DNA from: Chrysomallon squamiferum
Taxonomy: Eukaryota; Animalia; Mollusca
Direction: 5' to 3'
DNA length: 64,000 nucleotides
Assembly: GCA_012295275.1 (NCBI GenBank)
Contig: CM022676.1
Span: 8,060,001 to 8,124,000 of the forward strand
The position numbers and the translations under genes are program-made. This document shows, in pieces, positions 33,701 through 48,120 of the stretch (position 1 is the stretch's first letter; each line of letters opens with the position of its first letter). Below the pieces are notes generated by a model that saw only the letters and a list, made by a program, of their open reading frames with translations, had not been told where the DNA came from and did not search any database.

Positions 33701-34208
33701 CTTACGTTGTCGCCGTGTATGCCATAAAGAAGTGAACATCTGTTTTCCAAACAGTTAGGAAAAAATTACACGTGCGCTGTTTAAGTCCTTCTGAGGGCCC
33801 CTCACCACACGTATTACTTTTCTGTTCAAGTACAGATCCTTCAGAGAGCCCAGCGTTGTTTGTTGGTTTATTTGTGTTATCACTGTTTTCTACCGGTAGC
33901 GAACACTGAATACTTTTATTACTTGTCGATGCTGATAAAGATTCCTTTTTAAATTTTACGTCCTGATCACCTTTTATTTCATTAGATCCGTCTACATCAC
34001 CGTTATTCGTCTCAACTTTATTTTCACAGTTTTCGTTATTCTTTTCAGACGTTTCATTACCGATCGTTGTTTGGGGATATTTATCTTTCTTCAGGGTGTT
34101 TTCTGCAGTATTTGCAGTCGCTAACTCTATATTGTTAGAGTCGTTCGAATTTTCATATTTACCATCTTTTGTCCTTGATTCAGTCTTTACGTCACATGAA
34201 TTGGACAT
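29938..34208 (-). CDS. Family copy C (~516 aa): disordered N-terminus, TM1, short glycosylated helical ectodomain, TM2, TIR-like domain
   Basis: Exons 34208-33706 (MSNSCDVK...HFFMAYTA), 33500-33139 (TVVTSFFLGSLFSGLF...NAT/NET/NYS sequons), 31976-31801 (WSFIIVLIGLGEIILFAVMG), 31481-31175, 30140-29938. Total 1551 nt in frame. The last two exons are near-identical to B. The model spans an assembly gap with a duplicated partial exon pair. Confidence 0.7.
32437..32636. other. Assembly gap (200 N) with duplicated flanks
   Basis: ~31839-32436 repeats as ~32637-33240. Confidence 0.95.
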
Positions 34209-34621
34209 CAGGGCAAATGTGTGTTCAAAATATGAATACGTATATTCACGTTTACTGACCGAATACACTTCCTTGTTTTAACTCGTATATCGAACGGGGA
34301 AATCGCAACTAGCCTAATCACAATGATTCTTCACACGCACACCGAAATAGTTTCATATAAATTTTCTGTTAATTTACCGTAATTATAAATTAAATCTGTT
34401 TTTAAACTTTTATTTTTATTTACTTACTTTCCAACAAGAAGTTTATCACGCTTTTTTATTTTTAGTTTCTAATCGTTTCTTTTACCTCAGCCGCTATTTA
34501 AGTGAGTATCCAGTAATCGACAGGCAAATGCGACGATAAAGTTCTTAGTGTGACAACGAACTGAGGTAGGTTTCTAAAATTAGATTTACACACATATATA
34601 TATATATATATAGATAGATAT

Positions 34622-34652
<31 letters not shown>

Positions 34653-37600
34653 TTTAGGCCTCTGCATGTCTGTGTATGTATTCATATTTAGGTATTTAGG
34701 TATCAATATTCTCTGGCATACGTACGTATGATTAGAGTTGGATGTCGTTGACGAGACTCGAAACCTATGGAACCCGTTTCCCGCTTTAATGTGAATGTGT
34801 GTGTGTGTGTGTGTGTGTACGTACGTACGTAGGAACGTATGAGGTGTTAGTGTAATCAAACTGAAACCATTCGAGGTTGCTTCCGTCAGAACACGTCAGT
34901 GTTTGTTTTTATTTTGTTTTTACTGCGAAATTGATGGCGAAATGGGACAAACTACAACATAACCACTGCGTTAACGACTATTAGCCAAAAGTGTCGTTTT
35001 CTTCTCGTTACGATGTGGTTCATTTTGTCCCCTAAATTTGGTATTAGAGTATTAAATTGGAATTTATGCATATGTATTTTATTGAATATATTATACTTTA
35101 CAGCAGAAAAAAAAAAAAAAATGCAATATTTTTTCATGTTACAGCTAAGTGCATCATTTGCTTGTTAACCTTTCTAGTATGTTGTGCTTGAATAAGATGA
35201 ATTTGAATAAACATTTTCTATATGTTGGTATTACGATATTAACCTTGTAATGATAATAATAATAACTCCCTCTGCTAAAAAAATTAAAATGTTTTAAACA
35301 GAAGATATTCGTGATATTTTCACGAATGCTATACTCAGTTGCCGCGTATAGAAGAGAACAGTGATTTTCAATCGCCGTGCCGTGACAAATCGTCAGGTGA
35401 CAGGCCAGAGGGCGTGTCTATGCAGTGTAGTGCTCTTCCATGACCAAATTTTCATTGTAACTGTCATTTTGTAACACTTTTGGTTGGTGGTGTGACGCAG
35501 GCTTTTTTTTTTTTTTTTTTACATACATACATTTATTGCCTGCACGCTTTAAAATATCATTAAATAATGTACTCTCATCTAGAGACGTGTTCCCATTATC
35601 CAGGCAGCAAACATAACTCCGCCCCCAGAAGGGAGGTAACCCAATTATTGTTAGGTTATGCAAGCTTAAAGCAATGGCGGCCGGGTCACATAGATAAAAG
35701 GCTAAATTGTCCGACCTGCCGGTTTCAAGTAGTTCAGTGAAGATTACATTCACGATGTTAACATGTTTTGGAATGAAGACGGCACTCATTTTACGTCACC
35801 TAGTCGACCAAATAAGAGAATGTAATTGTTAGTTTGTTTGTTGTTGTTTGTTTTTTTAAATATAAAATATAATGATCCAGTGGTGAACCAAGTTTTGTAC
35901 TCTTGGAAATAATTACGGCTGTGATTGTATTTTAAGAAGAAAAAAAAAAAAATAAAAATAAAAATAATGACCACAACAAAAATACTGAGTTAACAACATC
36001 AAGTGGGTGATTTGTATATATTTCCATGAGAAAATATCTGTCACTAACCTGATAAGTTCTGTCCAAGACAGGGAAAATGTTAATTCTGATTAATTTTACA
36101 ATATCAATTTTCTATTACATATTTTTAAAAAGTTCTTATAGTTAGCAGTAATACGAAGTTAGTCGAAAGAAAAATTACGTTTAAAAAATTGCATTATGAA
36201 TTTATTATCTGTGATGTGAAAGCTTTGAATTTCAAAGAAGTACATAAAGTTAAGCTAATCTTCACCATTAGGTGCGTTATTTTGTATTACATTTATTTAT
36301 TTGTTTATTTATTTCTTTGTGTTTATTCTTATCATTTTTGTTTTTATTTTCATTTACTTAACAGAATAACACTGTGAAAGCTTTAAACATGGAAGAAGGA
36401 TTGCTAAACTTATGTTACAATATATGTTTTATTTTTATTTTTTTAAATCTTTTTTCATATTTAACTTCTGGTTTGTCTTTCAGTTACACACAAACACAAA
36501 ATTTTAATCTGCATATTTCCTAGATTCTAAAATTATTGTTATTAAACAGGGAAAGAGAAAAATATTTTAGAGCAAAATTTACATCTTTATTTTAAAAATA
36601 GTTCTTTATAGTGTTTCTTTAAAATGTCCCTTTGAAGGTACTTAAAATGTTACTGTCACTCCAGTTTTCTATACTCCAGTTTTTATTATTATTGTTGTTG
36701 TTGTTATTATTATTTTTATTATTATTATTATTACACAGCCTGCATGCATCATTAAGAGATTATTATTTTTTCTTGTCATACTTTATGATTGTTAAAATTC
36801 ATTTCGTATATAATGATGCTGGTTTAAAAATGCAGTGCTTTTATTGTGTTTAGACAATTTTATTAAATGGTACTTTCATCTGTGAAGAGATGAATTGTTC
36901 TTTTTTTTAACATTATTAAAGAAACACTTTAAGACAGAAACAGTTGGTGCTAAAGTTGTGTGTAGTTAATGAGTTTTGTCATGTTCAATATATAGAAGTA
37001 AAACAATTTCTGCTTATAGTTGGCCATCACATTCCAGATTCTGCCTTTTTTGTTTTTCTTTGGGTTTTGTTTTCAGCAGTTTTTTTTTTTTTTTTTTTTC
37101 TAGTTATTAATCTTGTATAAATGTTTGCATATGATAAAATTTAATGTTGAAATAATTACATTAGGTCTTTGACAGAAGCAGTTTCTGTTTTCATTGTGTG
37201 GATATTATTTATTTATTTTTTGGTTTGTTTTTAAAGTTGTTATCCTTTTTAATAACATTATTATTATTTAATTTCATGTCTTTTTTAGTTTTTTCAAAAT
37301 GTTATTGTAATGAAATTTTGTAGATTTCTTGTTTATTTCTTTAAACTAAAGTAAATAGATAAAATAATAATGTTTGTTCATTTAATCTAGCGTTAATATT
37401 TTTAAAATTTTGTTTATTCATAGTGATCAAATACAAAATAAAAGTTATAATAATCAATATTTATTAATATAAAGTAATGATGTTTCCTCCCTGTACATTA
37501 ATCAGTTTCAACAAGTCAAGTGCAGATTTTGATTTCAATGAGATATTTATTGTAAACACACACCACAGATATAATAACTAAGTGATATATTTTGTTCATT

Positions 37601-37715
37601 TAGCAACTGAATTAATACATCTCCACACTTACTGAATAAAGTTTTAAAACTTAAAATTTCCACAATGATAAACATGTTAATACTGTATGAATTACTGAAC
37701 ATTTTTTTTTTTTTA

Positions 37716-37759
<44 letters not shown>

Positions 37760-38340
37760 TTCGAACAAATGAAGTCATAACTTTTATTTTAATTAAATTT
37801 TAACACATAAAAAAAATATATATAAAAGTTAATATTTTATTACATCTGTTAAATTTTAATACTGCACACTTTGTTGTCTAAAATTAAAACACTTTTTTGT
37901 CTAAAATTAAAAACAATATATATTTTATGTCAGTTTATATGTATTGTTTTTTCAAGTTTGTTCAAGTTTTTATTTTACAGTGAATTGTATCTTAAGTGAC
38001 ATCTTGTTATGCTGCTGGAATCAGTTTTGTATCAGATGATTTATAGTGTCTTCAAATATCAAAACTGGACATTTATGTTTACCATGTGGTTTGTGTTACT
38101 AATAAAATGTCAGTACTAGTGGTCATTGTGTATGATGGAGGGGTCAGTTGGTCATTCAAATTTATGAGGACAATTTCACGTTGATATGTAAGTGTGTTTT
38201 GTTTTACGTTTGCTAGACTGTCAGATATCCCACTCTATAGCACTTTGAATTTGAAATTATTTGAAATAGTAGTACTTACTGTTTTTTGTATTATCATCAT
38301 CACCACTGTTGTTGTTAGTGTTATTGTTATTATTATTATG

Positions 38341-38396
<56 letters not shown>

Positions 38397-38431
38397 AGTT
38401 CTAGCAAATTGTGAGAGTGAACACAGGAGAT

Positions 38432-41400
38432 ATGAGGTCAAAGCAGTCAAAGGTTACCTCAGCAAAAGATGAATCTGACATGCAGCAAAAGAAAAATGAG
38501 CTGATTGATCAAATTGTGGCCCACACTGGGAAAGAGCCTCAGCAGAGGCCGTTCAATGTGGCCATTATCGGTACACACACACACACACACACACACTCAG
38601 AGACAAGCACATACACACATGCACACTACATGCAAACTCACAAACAGACACAAAGTGTAGGAGAGGAAGGGCATGGAGGGTCAAATGAAGTACAGTGGTA
38701 CCTTGACTTACAAGTTTAATTTGTTCCATGACCGAGCTTGTAGCTCAGTTTGCGCGCATATATCAAATCAGTTTTCCCAATTGAAATTAATTGAAATACC
38801 ATTAAACTTTTTTTTAAATAAGAAAAATGTATTTATAAATGACAAATAGTGAAAAAAAAAAAAAAAAAAGAGAATGTAAGGAAATAAATTGGTTTTGTAA
38901 GGTGTATTTATCTTGGAGATGAGACAAATTTTTTAACATCTTTGGCTGGAGTAACAGCCTTCATCGACTCCTTCTGCTTCAGTATGGTACATATCATAGA
39001 AGTACTATACTGGTACTGCCTAGCCAAGTCGACTGCATGGACACCTCGCTCATATTTTCTATGAATTCAAGGTTTAATTCAATGGACATCATCCGCTTCT
39101 TCTACTCAGCACTGTCCTTTGCACTCACTTTCTTAGGATGAATAGCCAAAAATTTGAAATTTGCCAAAATACTGCACAAAACGCGAACACAACACAACAG
39201 AGATGCTTCTGTGGTGAGGTAACCATGTGAAGCAAACGAGTGAGACGCGGGATGCTGGCCAGATGTTACGTTGTCCGTTGTGCCAATTAGCGGCCATGTA
39301 TCTTAAACTCGCTCGTAACTCAGATTTTGGCTCACAACTCAAAGCAAAAAAATCAACCAGGCGACTGCTTGTAACGTGAAAAACTTGTAAGTTGGGGCAC
39401 TTGTAAGTTGAGGTAGATGACTGTAGAGCTCTATTATTTTATTAGGGCCAATGGGTGTTGGCAAGTCGTCACTGGTTAACACTATAGCTACCTCACTGTC
39501 AGGAGAACACTGGAGAGAATATGCATATTCAGGATCGCACTGTTCTGATGGATCACAGGTCACTGTTTACACTGAAAGGTTAGATAAGTGAATTTTTCAT
39601 TCATTGCAAATATATTTCAATTCTTTTCTTAATGTTCTTATAGGTAAATATTTCAGTCCATTGTTACCTTTATATATGTACCTGTTTCAGTCTGTTGATA
39701 GAGTTATTATATTTACGTATTTCAGTCCACTGTTAGCATTTGTACATTTATGTATTTCAGTTCGTTGTTAGTTACCATTTGAAGTCTACTGACATTGTTG
39801 CAATGAATGACATAACTGACTTCAAAGACATCATTTTTTGCCCATTTTCAAAAACAGTCTAGTTATGGCCATGTTATTGTTTTATTATTTAATTATTATT
39901 GCTGTTATAATTACTATTTGTCTATTTATTATTTTACTGTTGTTGTTATTATTATTATTATTATTATTATTAATTTGTTTATTAATCAGCCTAATTATTA
40001 TATTCCATGTTGAAACTGCATAAATTATTTAAAGCTGTGCATTAATATACATAATTCATAATTTATAAATTTTATTTATTGATTGATCTATCTTTTTCTC
40101 GTATACTTTTTATTTTTTATTTTTTTATTTTCTTTGTTCAGTTTTCCCAAATGTTGTCTAGACCAGAATGAAAGGTTCAGTGATGTTGCCTTGCCAACGC
40201 TTATCGACATTGCTGGGTTCAATGATGAATGCAATGATAAGTGGGTGGAGATTCTCCGAATAATCTTTTATGGTCGCCTGCCCGAAGGGGAATCAATCAG
40301 TGAAGCGGAGGCACATTACAAGTGATGATTACATACTTACTTGTTTGTGTATAACATACACACACACATACAAATATATATACACACATGTACATAGATA
40401 TATACATACATATAGATATATATACATAGATACATACATACATACATAGATATATACAGAGACACATGATATATACATACACACATACATATATACATAC
40501 ATAAAGATATATAAGAGTCATACACACATTTTGACAACATATACACATATATATATATCATGAACCAAAATAGATACTCAGATATTCATGCTTAGGGTTG
40601 TCTTAATGGCTGACGGATTGTCAGGGAATGGATGATCGGTGTACATAAGACAATGAAAATCAGTCCTTAAATACATAGATATACTTATATACATACATGC
40701 ATACATACATAGCATGCAACTATTTATTTATATATATATATATACACTGGGCACATAAAGATATATAAAAGATAGATTTTTGACAACATTCTATCATGAA
40801 TCCAAAATGTACAAAATCAGACTGATGTTCCGTAGTGTTAGTGCAATTCGTGTGTTGTGTCTGTGTGTGTATACTCACTCACTAATCCATTTACTTACTA
40901 TTACAGTAAATGTGGGGTGGATGGCTTGATTAAAAAATACAACAAAAACAGCGAGAGGCTGAAGGTGGACAGAATAATATTTGTGTCAGCAGCAACATCG
41001 CCAACACCAACAAATTTAATTAAAGCCGTTTTACAGGCAGCTCGTCCAACAGATAGTGAGGACAACAAAATGAGAAGAAGTGAGATCAAACTTTAGTAGT
41101 AGTAGTACTTGAAGGTGCAGTAGCAGTAGTTTGCAGCAGTTGTAGTAGTAGTAGTAGTAGTTTCTGATGCAGTAGTGGTAGTGGTAATAGTAGTAGTAAT
41201 GGATATACAAGTTCTGCTTCTACTATTATTTCATCGCCACCACAATTACTACCCCTACTACTCCTACTACAACACTTGATATTATTACCACTGCTACTAG
41301 GACAACTCATATTATTAGTTCCACTATACTACTACAGTTAAACTTAAAGTTAAGCTACAATTAAAAATCCAACTGCAACAATACAAGCAATCATAACATT

Positions 41401-41711
41401 AAAACAATCAAGAATCTCCTACAATAAAATTACAGTACAATCACCATTTGATATACACATTGCCCAGAATTAGACGTACAAGTAGACTACAGAATAAACA
41501 CTATTGCTATATTGACAAAAAATAATAATTATAATAACAATAATTTAAAATAAGTAAATAAATAAATAAAAAAATAAATAAATATGTTGATTCTTTAGGT
41601 ATGAATAGTGTCAACAATGATTATGCCATGTGTTTCAGATGTTTAATCAATATTGATTTTATTTTATTTTATTTTTTGTTTATGTTTTTTTTTTTTTTTT
41701 TTTTTTTGTTT

Positions 41712-41742
<31 letters not shown>

Positions 41743-42390
41743 GCTATTCCAATATTTGGTGTCATGACAAAGGCAGACCAAACTGGAAATGATAACCTTT
41801 CTCAATCGGAATTTGAAGAAAGACAGGACAAGTTCATTAGTGCCCTTGGTCTTAAAGGTTCCAAAACTCGTTACCTCCTTTGCCAAAATTACTGCGATGA
41901 CATTGATCCTGATTAGAAGAGAGTTGAAGCCTCGCTTCCAGAGCTTGACCTTCCTGTGCTAAAGTTCATGGTACAAGTGTGTGACAGGGCCATCAGAGTG
42001 ATTAATCCCTGTGAGACCTACAAGGAACCTGAAGAACCTAATACACAACCTGCTGAAACTTCTGCTACTGCTGAGTTAAGAACTGTACTCAGTGGTCTGG
42101 GTCTGACACAGAAAGATGTTATGATCGGGTTAATAATTGCTGAATCTATCATCATGGCATTAATCCTACAATTTCTCTTTCAACCATCGGAGGACTTGGG
42201 AAAATTAAAACACACGTGCAGATCGGTGAAAGAAGAAAGAAATATGTCACCCTTTGAGAAAGATCTGTGCGACTCCATTCAAAATATGAGTAGTCCTCAC
42301 AGTTTAATCACTTTTCTAACTGTGGCTATACTGAAGATTGGACTGAACTTTCTTATTATGAAAATTAAACAACTAACTGAGGAACAGTGA
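38432..42390 (+). CDS. IFI44: Second IFI44-like GTPase with two C-terminal hydrophobic segments; single in-frame TAG at 41914-41916 (nonsense allele, young pseudogene or recoded)
   Basis: Exons 38432-38570 (RPFNVAII), 39446-39578 (GPMGVGKSSLVNT...WREYAYSG), 40142-40321 (LIDIAGF...IIFYGRLP), 40907-41079 (KVDRIIFV), 41744-42390 (PIFGVMTKAD...LLCQNYCDDIDPD*KRVEASLPELDLPVLKFMVQVCDRAI...). Colinear with the minus-strand paralogue on both sides of the stop. Confidence 0.72.
38693..39423 (-). mobile_element. Internally deleted Tigger (pogo) DNA transposon in intron 1 of the plus-strand IFI44-like gene
   Basis: TA|CAGTGGTACCTTGACTTACAAG ... CTTGTAAGTTGAGGTAGATGACTG|TA. A minus-strand remnant at ~38930-39100 reads KKRMMSIELNLEFIEKYERGVHAVDLARQYQYSTSMICTILKQKE, typical of the CENP-B/Tigger N-terminal HTH. 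Confidence 0.85.
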
Positions 42391-43359
42391 ACGCTGAAGA
42401 TTCAATTATGACTTATGATGGAATTTCCTCTTTGACATTCACCTTCTCTTCCAGTTTCACTTTCAGCATCCTTTAGGACTTTCAGTCACATTTCCACTGT
42501 GATTCAGTGACTGAATCTGTTAATAAGGAGTTATCTCCCTTCCCTCTCTTACCTACAAGTTTCCTTCTTTCATCTCTTACCCACATTATTCTCATTAAAT
42601 TTCATACCACAGCTCACGCTCACTCGCTCACTCGCTCTCTCTCGCTCTCTCTCTCTCTCTGCTTCATTTTATTCTTTCTCATATTTGTTCTAAGCCTTTT
42701 CCAAGTGTCTAATTCTTTTTTAAACATGTATTTGTGACTACTAATCGTTATTTATATATTTACTTAATATAGCTTCTTAAGCATATTGTATTGCATGTTA
42801 CTGATTGCAGTTAATTGTTTAATATGAAACATTGAAATACATTTCACAATAAAACAAATACCTGACTCAGATCCCAATTAGACTTTACCAGCTTTCCATG
42901 AAGCTTCCTGGATAATCTGTCTGGGAGAATGCCATTTTAAGATTTCACTAAACAGTTGAATAAGTTGTATAAATACATAAGTTTACTAATGACTGCTTTC
43001 TTCCCCGCTTTGTTTTGCTGTCTGCCATACTGTTGTGCAGTTTTTATTTTATTATAATTTTTGTTTCAATATTATAAATAATTCAAATCAACAAACTGTA
43101 TTTTGTTAGTGTAATAAGAAAAATACCAATAAAATAATATGAATTTAATTATTTCAGCTTATATATTTATATAATATATATATATGTATATATATGTGTA
43201 TGTATGTGTGTGTGTATGTATGCATGTATGTATGTCCCTCTCTTTTACAAACCCACACATACACAATTGTTTGATATCTGTCAGATATAGATATACATAC
43301 ACACACACATACACATGCATATATCTACACACACATACTAACATAAACACACACACACA

Positions 43360-43595
43360 CAAATCTACCAAGACAAACAATGTCAAATCCACCAGTGATA
43401 AACAATGTCAAATCCACCAGTGATAAACAATGTCAAATCCACCAGTGATAAACAATGTCAAATCTACCAATGATAAACAATGTCAAATCTACCAATGATA
43501 AACAATGTAACCTACCAATGATAAAAAATGTAAAATCTAACAATAAGAAATGTCCAATCTACTAGTGACAAAAAATGTCAAATTTACCAATAACA
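43360..43595. repeat. ~26-bp minisatellite paralogous to 13480-13790
   Basis: Same unit, within the duplicated 3' flank shared by copies B and D. Confidence 0.85.
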
Positions 43596-43694
43596 AAGTT
43601 AAAACATGAGTGTGATTAATTATAATAATAATTATAATTACAATTATAACAAGAACGAGGATGATGACGATGATAGCAAATAATAATAGTAATG

Positions 43695-43731
<37 letters not shown>

Positions 43732-43990
43732 CAATAGTAATAATAATAATAGTAACAAGAACAACAACAACAATAATATAGTTGTTTCAGTTGAAGTTAT
43801 TTTGACAGACTCAATAAATAATCATCACATTTTAAATCTTAATATTAAGAATATCTACAATGATTAAAATGTATTTAGAAAAAAAGGTTGCTATGGGTGG
43901 AGGGGTGGGTGGGTTTGAGTGTGCCCATGACAAGGTATGAATAAAGTTATACAAACATATGTATGTAATATATATAATATATGTATATAT

Positions 43991-44058
<68 letters not shown>

Positions 44059-44517
44059 TGGACTGAACTAAAAGCATCAAACTACATAAACACCATTGCC
44101 TAAGGTAGGTTTATTCTTCCATGTTTAGATGTAAAGTACCTGGGAAATTCTTCTAAAACACTTGGGACATTAATATAGTGTAAACACGGTCACTGTTGCT
44201 ATCTTAAGGAACCCAGGACAGAAATGGTCCACCAGAATTGGTCAGGGCTGTGTGAAAGATAGTTCAAGAGAGAAGAGAGAATATTTGGCGAAGGAGAAAG
44301 ACACTTAGGCCAATTCTATGCACTATAACTACGATATTACTATCTATAATGTTATACTATAATTGTCAGTGAGTTTGTACAATCAGGCAGAGAAATTAAA
44401 GATAAAATCGAAATCAAACGTGTACTTTTTGTGTGAGAACAATTAAGAACAAGTTCTAAATAAAATGATTCAGATTTCATACAGAATTACTATTTTATAA
44501 TTTGCTTCATCAAGTTT

Positions 44518-45399
44518 TTAAAATTCTTAAGGATAATGTCTCTAATTTTCTCTTTCTGTGGATTGGAAAACTCTTTTTGAAAATAGTGAACATTCGCCCT
44601 CTAGAGCTCAAGTTCAATAACCCTGGGTGCTGCTTGATAGAAATCAGTTTTTCATTATACAGTTTATCAATCCCTTATCTCGTGCATACACAAGGATGAC
44701 GTCACCTAAAACATACATGTATCTACATTAGATCTGTACTACTACTACTACTATTATTATTATTATTATACTGTTATTACTGTTACTATTGCTATTATTA
44801 CCATTATTATTGAAATTACTAATTTATTTTAAATCACATTACTCTGAGGTCCTGTCAAACAATCTTTACGTGTTACTGGAATCTAACTCACCACCCATTT
44901 TACATAACGCCTGAACAGTTGTCAGTCTCATGTTCTCAGGTCCCTTTGCTGGGTCTTCAAGAATCACATTCCTCTCATTGTAATCTACATAGACAATGTA
45001 GACTTTAGAGCGAGGTTCTCGCAGAATATCCTCAAACCGGTTCAACATCATATTAACAGTTTTTATTGCTGGATCACTAACAAGAACCTCTGATGTCTGC
45101 TTGACGTGTTGTTCAGACATTTCACTGTGGAAAGTGATTGTGCAGACTTCTCCATTAAGCTTCTCTCTGTGAACCTTGCTAAAAACGTTGTCATCACCCT
45201 GTTGTGTTAAATTTAATATAAATTTCTGATTATATATATAAACAGATGTATGCATTCACTCATTCATGTATGTATTTGTATATCTTAGTATGTATGTGAA
45301 TGTGTGTGTATGTATTTGTATATCTGCATGGGTGTGTGTATGTTTGTGTATATTATACATGTATGTGTGTAAGAATGGATATGTATGTATATCTGTATA

Positions 45400-45435
<36 letters not shown>

Positions 45436-46031
45436 TGTGTGAAACATGTTTGTGTGCTTGTACGTGTGTGTTTGCGAGTGAGTGTGAGCATGCGTGCATG
45501 AAAGTTTACTGTGAAATAAGGGATATACTCAAAATGTATCTAATGCCAAATACCAAGTCTCAATAAATAAATAAATACATTAGATAGATAGATAGATAAA
45601 CAGACAGATAAAGCAGTTACCTTGTTTCAACAAGTCTCTTAAACATTCTCAAATGTATTCTCGTTTTCCTTGGACACATAAATCTGTCACTGCGTCTGTA
45701 ATTCCGTCCATCTCTCGTATTGTCAAGTAATCTACTGACACAACGGAACAATCACGTATCATTGAGAAAACTATCCTGCAAATAGTCAAGTGAAAACAAT
45801 ATCACGAGCAGAATCTAATGTGTAGCATGTGTCTGTATGTGTGTGTGTATATATGTGTGTGTGTATATGTATGAGTGTGTGTATATGTATGAGTGTGTGT
45901 GTGTGTCTGTGTGTGTTCAGGTTTTAATACTTTTTCACAACAATTGTGTTACTCACAGCGTGTAAAATACACTGTACTTTATCTTCCTGTATGAGTTTTC
46001 TCCCTTGAACTGTTAACTCTTCCTTCGTCAT
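44518..46031 (-). pseudogene. Family copy D, decayed
   Basis: Keeps homologues of exons 1, 2, 5 and 6 but lacks the coiled-coil and TM2 exons. There is a 1-nt insertion in exon 1 (tgttaactct vs tgtaactct, ~46014), an in-frame TGA late in exon 2, and a deletion plus indels in the last exon (~44570-44675). Exon 5 (~44892-45198) is still open. Confidence 0.75.
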
Positions 46032-46259
46032 GGTGGTTCCATTTAGTTGAAAATCTTCGTCGGTTTCGGCTGCTTGTTAGACTGCTTAGTGATATCTGTT
46101 TACATATATATATATATATATATATCTTTATAATACACAAACGCTATATTATAAAATAAATAAGACTCTAGATTTAACATCAAGTCATCTGAACTAACTA
46201 AATGTTTCAAACCTTACCTACAAGTGACACAGTTAACCGTTATCGCGAAACTGATATGA

Positions 46260-46271
46260 GGGGATTTCCCC
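46260..46271. promoter_or_regulatory. NF-kB consensus site upstream of copy D
   Basis: GGGGATTTCCCC; second site GGGAACTCCCC at 46482-46492. Confidence 0.5.
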
Positions 46272-47419
46272 GTATTTAATAGTCCATAACGGTTGTTCTT
46301 GGAAACCTGTTAACCTTGGGACAACAAATGCTAATAAATTTGTAAAATCAATAAATATTCAGGCATTTAAGTTAAAACTTTAGGTTATAAAAAGTAACTA
46401 TGATTATAGACATTTAACAATAATAAAAATAATAATAATAAATAAATAAAATAAAATAAAAAATATGAAAATAACAAAATCGGGAACTCCCCATGACTCG
46501 GTGACCTTCGTGATCAAGTGACAGAGCTGATCTGTATCCATACTCCAGCGGAGTAATACATTCCAGTAGAAAACAATACTAGCAAAACAGTACGTCGTAG
46601 TCACGACACCCCCCACACACACACAGGCAGATATATATATATATATATACTCACACACACACACACACAGAGGCAGATATATATATACTTACATACCCAC
46701 ACACACACACATACACAGGCAGATATATATATACTTACATACCCACACACACACACAGATATATATATACTTACACACACACACGCACGCAGATATATAT
46801 ATACTTACACACAGTCAGATATATATATATTCACATACACACACTCACACACACACTACTCTTATATATACTACACAGTAACAAGAAGAAAAAACTTACA
46901 TAGAAAGCGGCAGCTCACATGTTCGATATAAACATGACAACATTGATTCGTGATAATGTAACCGAACTCAACAATTGTAAAGCGTGTTTTGACATGAAAT
47001 AGTCATAAAATCAAAAAGCGTCAGTATGTATGTCTATGTGTGTGTTCATGTCTGTTTGTATGTATGTATCAATGTACTCATGCATGTTTGTATATATTAA
47101 AGCATATATAGAGATGTACTCTATATATTAAATGTGTTTCTATGAATGTCAGTATATATGTATGTGTATATATGTGTGTAATATGTAGATTAGGATTTTG
47201 AATATTCTCTGTCTTATGTACAATTCAAGGGCCTTCAGCTCCAAAACTTCTGATCCAATTTAACTAATATTTGAAATTTGGGATAGTTATGCCAATTCTA
47301 CACTACACACTGAATCACAGGAAAACTGAAGATGGTTTAGCTAAACCCAATGGACAATTTGACATTGGATTAACCCTTTTTGGTCAATCCTAAAACACTA
47401 AATAAAAACAGCCAAGAAT

Positions 47420-48120
47420 GAATATTAACTCCTCTGTCATAAAAGCTGTCTTTCCAATGTTTAAAGATTTGACAAAACATAGACAAATTTAAAATAAAAA
47501 CCATCAAAATAAATATTGTTGAGAATAAATATTAACTCCTGTCATAAAAAAATATTTTTCCAATGTTTAAAAAATTTTCAAAACAGATTTAAGTAAAAAA
47601 AAGTAAATAAATATTGCTCAGAATGCATATTAACTCCTGTTGTAAAAATATCTTTCCAGTGTTTAAAGATTTGACAAAACATAAACTGATTTATAATAAA
47701 AAAAACATCTAATAAATATTGCTGAGAATGAATATTATCTCCTCTGTAACTGTTATAAAAAATGTCTCTCAATATTTAAAGATTTTTCATAACATAAACA
47801 GATTTATAATTAAAAAAAACACTAAATAAATATTGTTGAGAACGAATATTAACTCCTATATTGTAGAAAATATCTTTCTGAAGTTTAAAGATTTTTCAAA
47901 ATTGATTTATAAGTTAAAAAAAACACTAAATAAATATTGTTGAGAATGAAATTTATCTCCTCTGTTGTAAAAATATCTTTCCAGTGTTCAAAGATTATTT
48001 AAAAAAAGATTTGCATTAAACAAAAAAAAAAGGACAAACATTTAGAATTTTTAAGTTTTTTCCACAGTCCTTCTATCAGAATGGTCACAAAATTGATTAA
48101 TCAACTCCTCTGTTGTAAAA
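47420..48120. repeat. ~90-bp degenerate tandem repeat downstream of TEN1
   Basis: Repeated aatattaactcctctgttgtaaaaatatctttccagtgtttaaagattt-like units that resemble the TEN1 stop region (tcaactcctctgttgtaaaaac). Confidence 0.75.

Noticed and set aside
35337-35800. GC-richer patch with a 123-aa minus ORF and a CAGTGATTTTCAA hAT-like end
   Set aside because: No recognisable domain, matching second terminus or target duplication. It may be a promoter/5' exon of the plus IFI44-like gene or a TE relic.
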